A stretch of 64,000 bases of DNA from Kiritimatiellia bacterium (GCA_034178815.1 JAXFQS010000084.1:2112-66111), one strand, 5' to 3'. Shown: positions 1-9,742, numbered from the stretch's first letter. Notes: generated from the letters alone by a model not told the origin. Numbers and translations: made by a program.

Positions 1-1
1 G

Positions 2-529
2 GTGACTGAGGCGCAGGGACGAATCCACACATCTGCCGCGACTCTCGTAGTTCTGCCGGAAGCCGACGAGGAGGATGATTTGGTCATACCCGAGTCGGAG
101 TTGCGAATCGACATTTTCTGCGCTGGGGGCCATGGCGGTCAGGGGGTCAATACGACCTACTCGGCCATCCGCATTACCCATTTACCGACCGGTCTGGTGG
201 CGCAATGTCAGGACGAGCGTTCACAGCACAAGAACAAGGCGAAGGCAATGAAAGTGCTCCGTTCGCGCATTCTCGACGCGCGCCGCCAAGCCGCCGATGC
301 CGCCGCCGGGGCTACACGCTTGGGGCTGCGGGGGTCGGGCGACCGCTCCCAGCGCATTCGCACCTACAACTTCCCCCAGAACCGTCTGACGGACCATCGG
401 ATCAACTTGACGCTCTACTCGCTCGACCGGGTTATGGAGGGCGAGATGGACGAACTTTTGGATGCGCTTCATGCGCACGATATCGAGCAGCGCCTGCAAG
501 CGCAAGGGCTTGGCAAGAACGCCCAATAG
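2..529 (+). CDS. prfA: peptide chain release factor 1, C-terminal part (5' end outside window)
   Basis: GGQ motif ([24 protein letters not shown]), RF1-type C-terminus ([20 protein letters not shown]); ORF open at window start. Confidence 0.85.
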   Translation: MTEAQGRIHTSAATLVVLPEADEEDDLVIPESELRIDIFCAGGHGGQGVNTTYSAIRITHLPTGLVAQCQDERSQHKNKAKAMKVLRSRILDARRQAADAAAGATRLGLRGSGDRSQRIRTYNFPQNRLTDHRINLTLYSLDRVMEGEMDELLDALHAHDIEQRLQAQGLGKNAQ

Positions 530-927
530 GCTGCTGGAACTACGCCTCCTATGGTCTCCTTGGCGCGGCGGACAAGGTTCACGCGTTTTGCCCGCCCAGC
601 CGTCGCGCTTTGGCATTGTTCGAGGCGGTCGGGGTCTGAGTTTTCCTTAGGAATCAACTTGCTGCGGGACGCACAGGCAGACGAATTTCCAAGGGTATTG
701 AATACACCGATTCGTTGAGCCGGATTGCGATGATTCAACAGGGTGTCCAGATTCTCGTATGGGGGCGTTGACCTCTTTTCAAGGAATTCATTGACAGGTT
801 TTGAGCGCGCTGGTAGGCAGGAATTGGTCAGACAGGTTGATACGAATGGGGCCGTTTGATTGGTAGGAACCGGAGCGAACGGTTCCTGCGATTGAAGGCA
901 TCGGGAAAAGTCAGTCGAGGCAAGCGA

Positions 928-2178
928 ATGATAACTCAAGACACTCGAAAACTCTCGGAAGGGGACATCTATGTGGCGCTCCGGGGGGAACGGTTTGACG
1001 GACACGACTTCGTCTGCTCCGCCTTTGAAAAAGGGGCCTTGGAAGCGTGGGTCTGCGCCGATTGGATGCCACCAGAGGGGTGCTCAGGCAGGCTTCGAAG
1101 ATTCCCCGACACACGCTTGGCTTTGGGCGACGAAGCCCGCCGCTACCGCCAAACCCTTGCCGCCACCGTCATCGGCGTCACGGGTTCCGCCGGCAAAACG
1201 ACCACCAAGGAACTCCTTGCCGCGACATTCTCCCGTGCGCGACGGACGCGCGCCACCGAGGGAAATTACAACAACGATATCGGGCTGCCGCTGACCCTGC
1301 TCAACCTCCCCCGGAATGTCGAAGTCGCTATCGTCGAGGCGGGAACCAACCATCCCGGAGAAATCGCCAACCTAGCCGGAATCTTGCAACCTTCGGCGGC
1401 GGTGATTACCGGGATTGGACCGGCGCATATCGAATACTTCGGCTCGCTCGAAGCCATCGCCCGCGAGAAAGGTGCCCTCCTTGCCGCCCTTCCAAAAGAC
1501 GGACTTGCCGTGCTTCCTATGGAAGATCCGCACTTTGCCCTGCTCGCCGCGATGGCCCCCTGCCGCGTCATTTCGACCTCCGTTCACGACCGCGCCGCCG
1601 ACTACTGCTCGGACGCGCTGGACTTGCCGGGACTGGAACTTTCGGGGGACTACAACCGCTCCAATGTGGTTCTGGCCTATGCTATGGCGCGCGAGCAAGG
1701 GTTGACCAGACAGGAAGCCCTTGACGGCCTCCAGACCTTTCGTCCGCCGGCGATGCGCGGTGCCCTCCAAATCAAAGGCCCCTACCGAATCGTGGATGAC
1801 ACCTACAACGCCAACCCCTTGAGCATGACCTGCGCCGTGCAAGCCTTCGCCCTGCGCCAGGAGGCATCAAAAGTCCTCTGTCTCGGGGATATGCTCGAAC
1901 TCGGGGAGCACGCCCGCGACCTCCATCGGAAGGTCGGATTCGACGCCGCCGGAAGGGGTGACTGGCGCCTGCTGGTGCTCGTCGGGCAGGAGGCCAAAGC
2001 CATTGCGGAAGGGGCCATTGAAGCCGGCTATCCGTCCCTAAAGATACGCACCTTCGCGACCGCGGATGAGGCGGCAAGCCATCTAGGAGAATGGCTCCGG
2101 GAGGGCGATTGCCTGATGCTCAAAGCATCCCGGGGCATCCACTTGGAGCGAATCATCGAAGCGCTCCCAATAAAATAG
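928..2178 (+). CDS. murF: UDP-N-acetylmuramoyl-tripeptide--D-alanyl-D-alanine ligase (MurF), standalone (not in dcw cluster)
   Basis: Mur ligase motifs: GVTGSAGKTTTKE P-loop, DTYNANP, N-terminal DTRKLSEGDIYVALRGERFDGH; start taken at internal Met 928. Confidence 0.8.
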   Translation: MITQDTRKLSEGDIYVALRGERFDGHDFVCSAFEKGALEAWVCADWMPPEGCSGRLRRFPDTRLALGDEARRYRQTLAATVIGVTGSAGKTTTKELLAATFSRARRTRATEGNYNNDIGLPLTLLNLPRNVEVAIVEAGTNHPGEIANLAGILQPSAAVITGIGPAHIEYFGSLEAIAREKGALLAALPKDGLAVLPMEDPHFALLAAMAPCRVISTSVHDRAADYCSDALDLPGLELSGDYNRSNVVLAYAMAREQGLTRQEALDGLQTFRPPAMRGALQIKGPYRIVDDTYNANPLSMTCAVQAFALRQEASKVLCLGDMLELGEHARDLHRKVGFDAAGRGDWRLLVLVGQEAKAIAEGAIEAGYPSLKIRTFATADEAASHLGEWLREGDCLMLKASRGIHLERIIEALPIK

Positions 2179-2215
2179 CCGCCGGTTGCGTTAGGAAATT
2201 GAAGGAGTGTACCTT

Positions 2216-2740
2216 ATGAGAGCATTCGTTAGCATCATCGCCACCCTTTGCTTGCTATCTGCCGCCCACGCGCAAACCAACCAACCGAGGCCAGAGGTGC
2301 GTACCCGCAGCGCCCAGAGAACCCCGTCCTCCGGGCCGAACCAACGCCTCGTGCAATACCTCTGCCGCCCATCCGTCGCCCGCAAAGTCGGCGTTTCCCC
2401 AGAGACCGTCGCGCGCATCAAACAGCAACTCGAAGCAATAGCCGTCCAAGAACGCCCAATCCGCGAAGAACTCGACAAGAAGTTCCGCGCCAATGTCCGA
2501 CTCGCCAAGAAAATCCTCTCCTCCCGCGACGAAAAACCGGAGGCTTTGATAGCCGCCACCGAGGCCATCAGCGCCCTGCACGCCAAACTCGCCCTCTTGG
2601 ACATCCAGAAACTGCTGGTACTGCGTGACAACCTCACCCCTGAGCAGAGCGAGTGCCTCCTCAAATGCATCCGCGAAGAGCGGCGGATGCCTACCAAACG
2701 CCCCGCCAAAGGGATACCGCCCACCCATGACACCAAGTGA
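2216..2740 (+). CDS. secreted/periplasmic helical protein with LTPEQ motif (Spy/CpxP-like, tentative)
   Basis: N-terminal signal peptide (MRAFVSIIATLCLLSAAHA), LTxxQ-like motif, helical charged repeats; function inferred weakly. Confidence 0.4.
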   Translation: MRAFVSIIATLCLLSAAHAQTNQPRPEVRTRSAQRTPSSGPNQRLVQYLCRPSVARKVGVSPETVARIKQQLEAIAVQERPIREELDKKFRANVRLAKKILSSRDEKPEALIAATEAISALHAKLALLDIQKLLVLRDNLTPEQSECLLKCIREERRMPTKRPAKGIPPTHDTK

Positions 2741-3368
2741 CATTCCCGCCGTCCATCGGCTACTGCTCGCCCGCTTCAAAGTCACCCCATCGCCCATTAT
2801 CGAACTCATCGCGGCGCAAACTCAAGACCCATTCAAAGTCCTGATTGGCACCATCCTGTCGGCCCGGACGAAGGATGCCTGCACCGCCGGTGCTTGCCGC
2901 CGGCTGTTGCCGCTCATACACGAACCCGAAGATCTGGCTCGGCTACCAATCGAGGAGTTGGAGCGGTTGATTTTCCCCGTCGGGTTCTACCGTGCCAAGG
3001 CGCGGCATCTGCACGACCTGCCCGCTGTGCTCGGCGAGAAGTTCGGCGGGGTCTTGCCGCAGACGGTCGAAGAACTTTGCGAACTGCCGGGGGTGGGAAG
3101 GAAAACGGCGAACCTCGTGGTGGCGGTTGGATTTGACAAGCCTGCCGTCTGCGTCGATGTTCATGTGCATCGCATCAGCAACCGTCTCGGCCTGGTGCAC
3201 ACGAAGTCGCCTTTCGAGACCGAAATGGCTCTGCGGAAGGTCTTGCCGAAGCGCTATTGGAAGACTTGGAACTCCATCATCGTCTCCTTCGGGCAGACGC
3301 TCTGCGCGCCCCGCAATCCCCGCTGTTGCGACTGCCCCATTCGCCGCTATTGCCCCAGCGCAACCTAA
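2727..3368 (+). CDS. nth: endonuclease III (HhH-GPD DNA glycosylase with 4Fe-4S cluster loop)
   Basis: HhH motif LPGVGRKTANLV, catalytic region VDVHVHRI, C-terminal Cys cluster CAPRNPRCCDCPIRRYC; start at internal Met (14-nt overlap with upstream gene). Confidence 0.8.
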   Translation: MTPSDIPAVHRLLLARFKVTPSPIIELIAAQTQDPFKVLIGTILSARTKDACTAGACRRLLPLIHEPEDLARLPIEELERLIFPVGFYRAKARHLHDLPAVLGEKFGGVLPQTVEELCELPGVGRKTANLVVAVGFDKPAVCVDVHVHRISNRLGLVHTKSPFETEMALRKVLPKRYWKTWNSIIVSFGQTLCAPRNPRCCDCPIRRYCPSAT

Positions 3369-3635
3369 TCAGCGGCTGATTGTCCAAGCCCCCGTCCTGC
3401 GCCGCCGCCCGAACCGATTCCGTCAACGGTACGCGCCGCCTGAAGCCTTTTGCCTGCCCGCACGAGGGGATTGCCGCACGCTTGGAGCCCATGCGCCGAC
3501 GCTCGCAAGAGGTACCAACCTAGCGAACCGATTTCTAGTCGACAATGGCGTCCGGGTGTGGTAAACTTTGGGTCGTTTAGGTTGGCACCTTTCGCCACCT
3601 TTCCTACGCACCTTTTTGCCCGAGGATTTTCCGCC

Positions 3636-4730
3636 ATGCTGATACTCGACAACGCCTTTGTCTCCGACTTTCTGGCCGACTTCGCCGAGCAGTCCGGTCG
3701 CCCCGTGCTCGACACGCCCAGCACCCGCTCGCGCCTGTCAGGGCGCCGCATCAACTGGGCCTCCAAAGCCGATTCCGGCCCGCACTACTCCACCTCTGAG
3801 AACGCCATTCCCCTAGTTGCGCAGGGCTTTTTCGGCGAAGAAATCAAGCGTATGGTCGGCTTGATGAAGGACAAAGCCCGCTTCCGTGAAGCCATCGCCG
3901 GCTGCTACCCCACCTTCCGCTGCGTGCGCGTCCCACTCGACGCCTTGAACGCCTGGACGCCAGACTTCTATCCCTTCGTCCTCAAGCCCGCCGTCGGCTT
4001 CCTGAGCGAAGGCGTCTACAATGTCCGAACCCCCGAGGAACTCGCCCGCGTCAAACGCGACATCTTGGATAACGCCCAGCGCAGCGCATTCTCCAAGGCC
4101 GTTGTCGACAAAACACTCTTCATCGCCGAAACCTTCCTCGACGGCCCCGAACTCGCAGCAGACGCCTTCTATCTCGACAACGGAACGCCCGTCATCACCA
4201 ACATCTACCTCCATCCCTTCAACGGCGCAGACGATGTCAGCGACCGTTGCTACATCACCTCGCGCTCCCTCCTCGATCGCTACCTCGAACCCATCCGCCA
4301 GGCCTATGCCACCATTGGCAAAACCCTCGGACTCAGCCGCATTCCCGTCCATGCCGAGTTCCGCGACACCGCCAGCGGAATCGTTCCAATCGAGTTCAAC
4401 CCTTTGCGCTTCGCCGGCTGGTGCACGACCGACTTGACCTGGTTTGCCTACCATATCAACCAGTACCAGCACTACTTCGACCAGCGCCAGCCCCAATTCC
4501 CCGAAGACGACGGGTGCCTTCACTATTTCATGCTCGCCGAAAGGCCCGCAGGCGTCGAGGGGAAACAATGCGACTACGCCGCTCTGCGCCAAGCCGTCCC
4601 CGGACTCGTTGAAATGCGTCCCATCGATTACAACCACAATCCCCTCGCCGCCATCAACTTCGGATCGGTTCCGGGGATGGCGGAAATCGACACCATTCTC
4701 AAGCTCGACATGGCCCAATTCTTCCACTGA
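3636..4730 (+). CDS. ATP-grasp domain protein (putative carboxylate-amine/peptide ligase), first gene of envelope operon
   Basis: ATP-grasp signatures: KDKARFREAI, FVLKPAVG (ATP-binding Lys), ETFLDGPELAADAF, HAEF; start at Met 3636, upstream ORF extension is low-complexity. Confidence 0.6.
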   Translation: MLILDNAFVSDFLADFAEQSGRPVLDTPSTRSRLSGRRINWASKADSGPHYSTSENAIPLVAQGFFGEEIKRMVGLMKDKARFREAIAGCYPTFRCVRVPLDALNAWTPDFYPFVLKPAVGFLSEGVYNVRTPEELARVKRDILDNAQRSAFSKAVVDKTLFIAETFLDGPELAADAFYLDNGTPVITNIYLHPFNGADDVSDRCYITSRSLLDRYLEPIRQAYATIGKTLGLSRIPVHAEFRDTASGIVPIEFNPLRFAGWCTTDLTWFAYHINQYQHYFDQRQPQFPEDDGCLHYFMLAERPAGVEGKQCDYAALRQAVPGLVEMRPIDYNHNPLAAINFGSVPGMAEIDTILKLDMAQFFH

Positions 4731-4741
4731 AGAACCGCCCG

Positions 4742-5851
4742 GTGATTCGAATCCGACACATCCGGTCTTACCTTGCGCTCCTGCTCCTCGGCGGTTGCGG
4801 TCAGCCCGTTCCCAAGGCAGAATCCAGACCTCAGGAAACGCCGCCGCCAGAGCCGCCCCCGCTCATCGTCGAGGTTGTTCCCCCCGAACCCGAGCCCTTC
4901 CGTCTCTACGCCCCGACCAGGCAGCACTGCCTCGACGGCAGCCGCGTGACCAACATCTTTATGCACGCTGGGAATGGCAACCCGGAGAGCGGGCTTTTTG
5001 GTTTCCAGCGTGCGGCGGCGGACGGCAGACCCAGGCTCCACGAGGGCATCGACATTGCACCGTTGGCGCGTGACAAACGCCGCCGACCGCTCGATGAAGT
5101 CACCGCCGCCGCAACGGGGACTGTCGCCTATGTCAACCGCCGCGCCGGGGATTCGTCCTACGGCATCTACATCGTCATTCTCCACCAAGCCCCTCATCTC
5201 GGACCTGTCTATACCCTCTATGCACACCTTGCTAGCATTGCCCCCGACATCAAGCCAGGAAAAACTGTCGTTGCTGGCAACCTTTTGGGGCGAATCGGCA
5301 ACACCCCCGGGTTTCCGCTCTCCCGCGCGCACCTCCACTTCGAATGCGGGCTAATCAACAACAACCGCTTTGCCCGCTGGTACCACGACCGCTACCTCAA
5401 GCGCCATCCCCCGAAAAAGAACCGCCCCCGACCTGCCGACCACGGTATCTTCCACGGCTCCAACCTCACGGGACTCAACCCGAACGACCTCTTCCGCATC
5501 CGTGCCGAAGACGCCAGCGTCCCCTTGCTTCCCTACCTCCGAGAGTTGCCCATCGCATTCACACTCCTCTGCAAAACCAATCGCATCCCCGACTACTTCC
5601 GCCGCTACCCCGCCCTCTGGAGCGGGGAGCCCTTCCGCCCGGGAACCATCCGACTAAGCGTCTCGCAGGAAGGGATTGTCCTGCGCGGCACGAACGAACC
5701 CGAATCGAACGAAGCAACAGCCCTCCCCAAAATCCTCGCCGTCAACACCACCCTGCCTGGACTTCTCGGTCGCCGCTATGTACGCCCCGACGGCGCGCGG
5801 TGGAAACTCACACCCTCGGGAGAAGAGTGGCTCGACGCCTTCCTCTACTGA
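4742..5851 (+). CDS. M23 family metallopeptidase lipoprotein (LytM/lysostaphin-like)
   Basis: lipobox LLLGGC, Pro-rich linker, HEGIDIAP (HxxxD) and HLHFE (HxH) M23 motifs; 12-nt gap from ATP-grasp gene. Confidence 0.7.
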   Translation: MIRIRHIRSYLALLLLGGCGQPVPKAESRPQETPPPEPPPLIVEVVPPEPEPFRLYAPTRQHCLDGSRVTNIFMHAGNGNPESGLFGFQRAAADGRPRLHEGIDIAPLARDKRRRPLDEVTAAATGTVAYVNRRAGDSSYGIYIVILHQAPHLGPVYTLYAHLASIAPDIKPGKTVVAGNLLGRIGNTPGFPLSRAHLHFECGLINNNRFARWYHDRYLKRHPPKKNRPRPADHGIFHGSNLTGLNPNDLFRIRAEDASVPLLPYLRELPIAFTLLCKTNRIPDYFRRYPALWSGEPFRPGTIRLSVSQEGIVLRGTNEPESNEATALPKILAVNTTLPGLLGRRYVRPDGARWKLTPSGEEWLDAFLY

Positions 5852-5857
5852 CACAGC

Positions 5858-6865
5858 ATGGCCGGAATCCGCATCGAAAACCTCACCAAGACCTACCCCG
5901 GCGGCTCGAAAGCCGTCGACAAAATCTCCCTCTCCATTGCTGACGGCGAGTTCATCGTACTCGTTGGCCCCTCCGGCTGCGGCAAGTCGACAACCCTCCG
6001 CATGGTGGCCGGGCTCGAAACCATCACCTCCGGCACAATCCACATCGGAGAACGCCTAGTCAACGACCTCCCCCCAAAAGCGCGCGACATCGCGATGGTC
6101 TTCCAAAACTACGCGCTCTATCCCCACATGAGCGTGGAAGAAAACATGGCATTCGGACTCAAACTCCGCAAAGTCCCGAAAGAAGAGATTCGCCGCCGCG
6201 TCGCCGAAACCGCCGCAGCCCTCGGTCTAGAACCCTACCTCAAACGCCGCCCATCCCAACTCTCCGGCGGCCAGCGCCAACGCGTGGCAGTCGGCCGCGC
6301 CATCGTCCGCCAACCAGCCGCATTCCTCTTCGACGAACCCCTCTCGAATCTCGATGCCAAAATGCGCGTAGAAATGCGCGAAGAGATTCACCGCCTACAC
6401 CGCCGCCTGGGCGCAACCATGCTCTATGTCACCCATGACCAAACCGAGGCAATGACCCTGGCCGACCGCGTCGTCGTGATGAACTCAGGCGTCATTCTCC
6501 AGACCGGAGCACCGTTGGAAGTCTACAACCGACCGGCCAATCTCTTCACCGCAGCCTTCATTGGAACGCCCCCGATGAATCTCGTCCCCGAGGGCGACCG
6601 CATCCTTGGGTTCCGTCCCGAAGATGCCCTTTTGACCGCCGAAACAGGCTCATTCGCGCTCCCCGAGGGTGTCGTGGAACTGCTTGAACCAGTGGGCGCG
6701 GAAACCATCGCCCATGTGAACCTTCCAGGGTGTTCGAGCCGCATCCAAGTCCGCCTTTCTCCCGATGCACCCATCCGCGAAGGTCAGCACCTGTCGCTCC
6801 ACATCAAAGCCGGGCGCCGCCACCTGTTCGACGCAGCCACGGGACAAAGAGTTGCCGACCGCTAA
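5858..6865 (+). CDS. ABC transporter ATP-binding protein, MalK/UgpC/MsiK type with C-terminal TOBE-like domain (no permease adjacent)
   Basis: Walker [10 protein letters not shown], signature LSGGQRQR, Walker [13 protein letters not shown]-loop YVTHDQ. Confidence 0.85.
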   Translation: MAGIRIENLTKTYPGGSKAVDKISLSIADGEFIVLVGPSGCGKSTTLRMVAGLETITSGTIHIGERLVNDLPPKARDIAMVFQNYALYPHMSVEENMAFGLKLRKVPKEEIRRRVAETAAALGLEPYLKRRPSQLSGGQRQRVAVGRAIVRQPAAFLFDEPLSNLDAKMRVEMREEIHRLHRRLGATMLYVTHDQTEAMTLADRVVVMNSGVILQTGAPLEVYNRPANLFTAAFIGTPPMNLVPEGDRILGFRPEDALLTAETGSFALPEGVVELLEPVGAETIAHVNLPGCSSRIQVRLSPDAPIREGQHLSLHIKAGRRHLFDAATGQRVADR

Positions 6866-6871
6866 CCACCC

Positions 6872-8464
6872 TTGAAGGCCACCATTATGCAGCTCCGCTT
6901 CCCGACCGACACGCGCTGGCGTCTACTCCCGCTGGCCCTGATCGTTATCGCCTATGCCTTCTGGCCGGCAATTTCTTTCACACTGTGGGTTTTCGGAGAT
7001 ACTTCCGAGGACATGGCCTACGGCTGGGTGATTCCCTTGATTGTCGGGGCCATCGTCTGGAAGCGCCGAGATGCGCTCCGTTGTGCGGCGGAGAGCCCCA
7101 GCCTAGTGGGTACGCTTTCGTGGCTGATTGGGCTTCTGTTCTTCTGGATTGGCAGCCGCGGGAACCAGCAACGCTTTCTGCAGTTGGCACTGGTGTGGAT
7201 GGTTTGGGCGATACCGTATGCTTTCTGGGGATGGAGGGTGGCGAAGCTGATGATTTACCCGGCGTGCTACTCGCTTTTGATTATTCCTCTAAGTTTTCTG
7301 GACGCCATCACCTTTCCGCTCCGTCTGGCGTCTTCTTGGGTATCCGTGGCTCTGCTCAATGGTTTCGGCATCGAGGCGAGACGGATAGGAACGGCGCTGA
7401 TTGGAGCGAACTTCCAACTGGATGTGGCGGATCCTTGTAGCGGGATTCGTTCGCTTGTCGTGCTGTTGGCATTGACTGCTGGCTATGCGGGGATTCACCG
7501 CCACTTCCGGTGGTGGACGAAAGCTCTGCTGGTGGCATCTGCATTGCCGCTGGCCTTTCTGGGAAATATCATCCGGTTGACGACGACGGCAGTGGCGTGT
7601 GCCTGTTTCGGGCAAGAAATCGGGATGTACTATCACGACCAGGCGGGGTATCTGACCTTCCCGTTGGTGATGCTGATTGTCCTTGTGTTGGTCGACTACT
7701 TCTCGAATCGGCAGCCGGCTCCGCCGCTTCAACGGGAGACTCCGATTCCTTCCGCGGGGTGGATTTCGCTACTGCCAATCGGCGCCATGATGGGCATCTT
7801 CGTGACTGGCTCCTGGCTTATCCAAAGGCAGCCGCCGCCCGACTATGAGCCCGATTCCTACATTGCCCAGGCGCTTCCGGATGTGCCTGGTTTCACCTCC
7901 TCGTTCGACTTGCATTGCCAGAATCCGGACTGTCTCTTGTCGACCTCCAGCGACAAGAAAGCGTGCCCTCTCTGCGGCGGGAAACTGGAGCGTGTGCCGC
8001 TTGCCGAACTGACGATTCTGCCGTCGGACACGCGTTTCCTGAAGCGCAACTACACGGGGGCGGACGGGGTTCCTCTTCGGGTCAGCGTTTTAGTCTCCGG
8101 GCGCTCGCGGATGAGCATCCACCGTCCGGAGATGTGCCTTCCCGGGCAGGGCTACACGATTTCGGACAGCTATGTGGTGGAGATACCTCTGGCCGACGGT
8201 TCAACGGTCAAGGCCAACTGTGTCACGGCCGCGAGGCTGGGCGAACCTCCGGTTGGACTGCTCTATTGGTTTGAGAATCCGCACGGTAGCGCCTACTCGC
8301 ACTATGAGCGAATTTTCTCGGATATTTGGGCGCGGACGGTGCACAACCGGATGATTCGATGGAGCGCGATTCTGATTATGCGCGAACGCCCCTACGATGA
8401 GGCGGCGCTGGAGCAGACGGCGCAGTTTCTGAGCCTGTGGCGGCCTCGGGTGGTGCGCCGCTGA
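6872..8464 (+). CDS. exosortase (8-TM transpeptidase) fused to C-terminal EpsI-family domain containing a Cys4 zinc-ribbon insert
   Basis: exosortase motif VADPCSGIRSL within polytopic membrane region; C-terminal EpsI signature SIHRPEMCLPGQGYT; insert CQNPDCLLSTSSDKKACPLCGG. Confidence 0.75.
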   Translation: MKATIMQLRFPTDTRWRLLPLALIVIAYAFWPAISFTLWVFGDTSEDMAYGWVIPLIVGAIVWKRRDALRCAAESPSLVGTLSWLIGLLFFWIGSRGNQQRFLQLALVWMVWAIPYAFWGWRVAKLMIYPACYSLLIIPLSFLDAITFPLRLASSWVSVALLNGFGIEARRIGTALIGANFQLDVADPCSGIRSLVVLLALTAGYAGIHRHFRWWTKALLVASALPLAFLGNIIRLTTTAVACACFGQEIGMYYHDQAGYLTFPLVMLIVLVLVDYFSNRQPAPPLQRETPIPSAGWISLLPIGAMMGIFVTGSWLIQRQPPPDYEPDSYIAQALPDVPGFTSSFDLHCQNPDCLLSTSSDKKACPLCGGKLERVPLAELTILPSDTRFLKRNYTGADGVPLRVSVLVSGRSRMSIHRPEMCLPGQGYTISDSYVVEIPLADGSTVKANCVTAARLGEPPVGLLYWFENPHGSAYSHYERIFSDIWARTVHNRMIRWSAILIMRERPYDEAALEQTAQFLSLWRPRVVRR

Positions 8465-9585
8465 TGAACCTTTTCTCGCATCTCTCCGAAGAGGAGGACA
8501 GGGAGTTCCTGTCGCGGCAGATTCTCACCTGCATCGGAAACAAGCGAGCACTTTTGGGGCCGATTGCCGATGCGATAGGGGTTGTGAGGAAGGCGCTCGG
8601 TGGGGGAAAAATGCGTTGCTTCGACCTCTTTTCAGGGAGCGGAATCGTCTCGCGCCTGTTCAAGCAATTCGCCTCGCTCGTGGTCGCCTGCGATCAGGAA
8701 CGCTACGCCTCGGTGGTCTCCAGGTGCTACCTTTCCAACCGCCGTGTACTGGCGGAAAAGGAGTTCGCCAACTGCTTCGAAGAGTGGAAGAACTGGGTCG
8801 AGAAGAACCTCGAACCGGGCTTTCTCACGCGCCTCTATGCGCCCGCGAACGATGCCGACATCCAGCCGGGCGAGCGGGCCTTCTACACCCGGGCGAATGC
8901 CGAAATCCTGGATACCGCCCGCCGCGCACTCGACCGCATCGTTCCCCCGCGCTATGCCGACTTGCTGCTGGGGCCGCTCCTTTCCGAAGCCTCGATCCAC
9001 GCCAACACTTCCGGCGTGTTCAAGGGCTTCTACAAGAATCGCAAAGGCACCGGAGCGTTCGGCGGCGAAGGTCGAAACGCGCTCACGCGCATCTGCGGAA
9101 AGGTCGTTCTGCAACACCCCGTCCTCTCCCGTTTCGACTGCGACAGCCTCGTCCTAGAAGGCGACGCCAACGCACTCGCCGCGACAGCCCCGGAGGTCGA
9201 TCTGGCCTATGTCGACCCGCCCTACAATCAACACCCCTACGGGTCGAACTACTTTATGCTGAACCTGTTGGCTGACTACCGGGAGCCGGATGCCGTCAGC
9301 CCGGTCAGCGGCATTCCGCGCAACTGGAACCGGTCGGTCTACAACAGCCGAAAGGAGGCCGCACCGGCCTTCTTCAGCCTGCTGGAAACCATCCGCGCCA
9401 AGTACCTGCTCGTCTCCTACAACTCCGAAGGATTCATTCCGCACGCCGAACTGGAAGCCTGCCTGGCGCGGCTCGGGCAAGTCACCTCGACCGCCATCTC
9501 CTACAACACCTTCCGGGGAAGCCGAAACCTCCGCGCGCGCGCACCGCGCGTCATCGAGTACCTCTTCCTCGTCAAGCGCGCCTGA
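8464..9585 (+). CDS. Dam-family (D12 class, alpha group) N6-adenine DNA methyltransferase, apparent orphan
   Basis: motif X-like IGNKRALLGPI, motif I DLFSGSG, motif IV DPPY (DLAYVDPPYNQHPYG); start ATG overlaps exosortase stop (TGATG); no restriction endonuclease gene nearby. Confidence 0.7.
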   Translation: MNLFSHLSEEEDREFLSRQILTCIGNKRALLGPIADAIGVVRKALGGGKMRCFDLFSGSGIVSRLFKQFASLVVACDQERYASVVSRCYLSNRRVLAEKEFANCFEEWKNWVEKNLEPGFLTRLYAPANDADIQPGERAFYTRANAEILDTARRALDRIVPPRYADLLLGPLLSEASIHANTSGVFKGFYKNRKGTGAFGGEGRNALTRICGKVVLQHPVLSRFDCDSLVLEGDANALAATAPEVDLAYVDPPYNQHPYGSNYFMLNLLADYREPDAVSPVSGIPRNWNRSVYNSRKEAAPAFFSLLETIRAKYLLVSYNSEGFIPHAELEACLARLGQVTSTAISYNTFRGSRNLRARAPRVIEYLFLVKRA

Positions 9586-9717
9586 CGGCGACTAGGCAGG
9601 AGTCGCCTGCGTTGATACCAACCTTTCGGGCGAAACGATAGCCACCACACATGCCCCAAGGTGCCTATCCGACCGTGTGAAAGGTTCCCACCTATCCCCC
9701 TCCCCTAAAACAGAAAC

Positions 9718-9742
9718 GGGAGGTTGCGATAGGCAACCTCCC
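9718..9742. repeat. hairpin GGGAGGTTGC-gata-GGCAACCTCCC in convergent intergenic region; motif family member / bidirectional terminator candidate
   Basis: 10-bp perfect stem. Confidence 0.5.

Noticed and set aside
469-1005. 178-aa minus-strand ORF spanning the prfA-murF spacer
   Set aside because: Low-complexity Ser/Pro-rich translation, overlaps the 3' end of prfA and 5' end of murF, no recognisable domain; treated as spurious.
3813-4727. 304-aa antisense ORF opposite the ATP-grasp gene (and similar long antisense ORFs 18809..19927, 25626..27374, 28394..29890, 46393..47184)
   Set aside because: Typical shadow ORFs of high-GC coding regions: Gly/Ala/Val/Asp-rich, no motifs, and the sense-strand genes have strong domain evidence.
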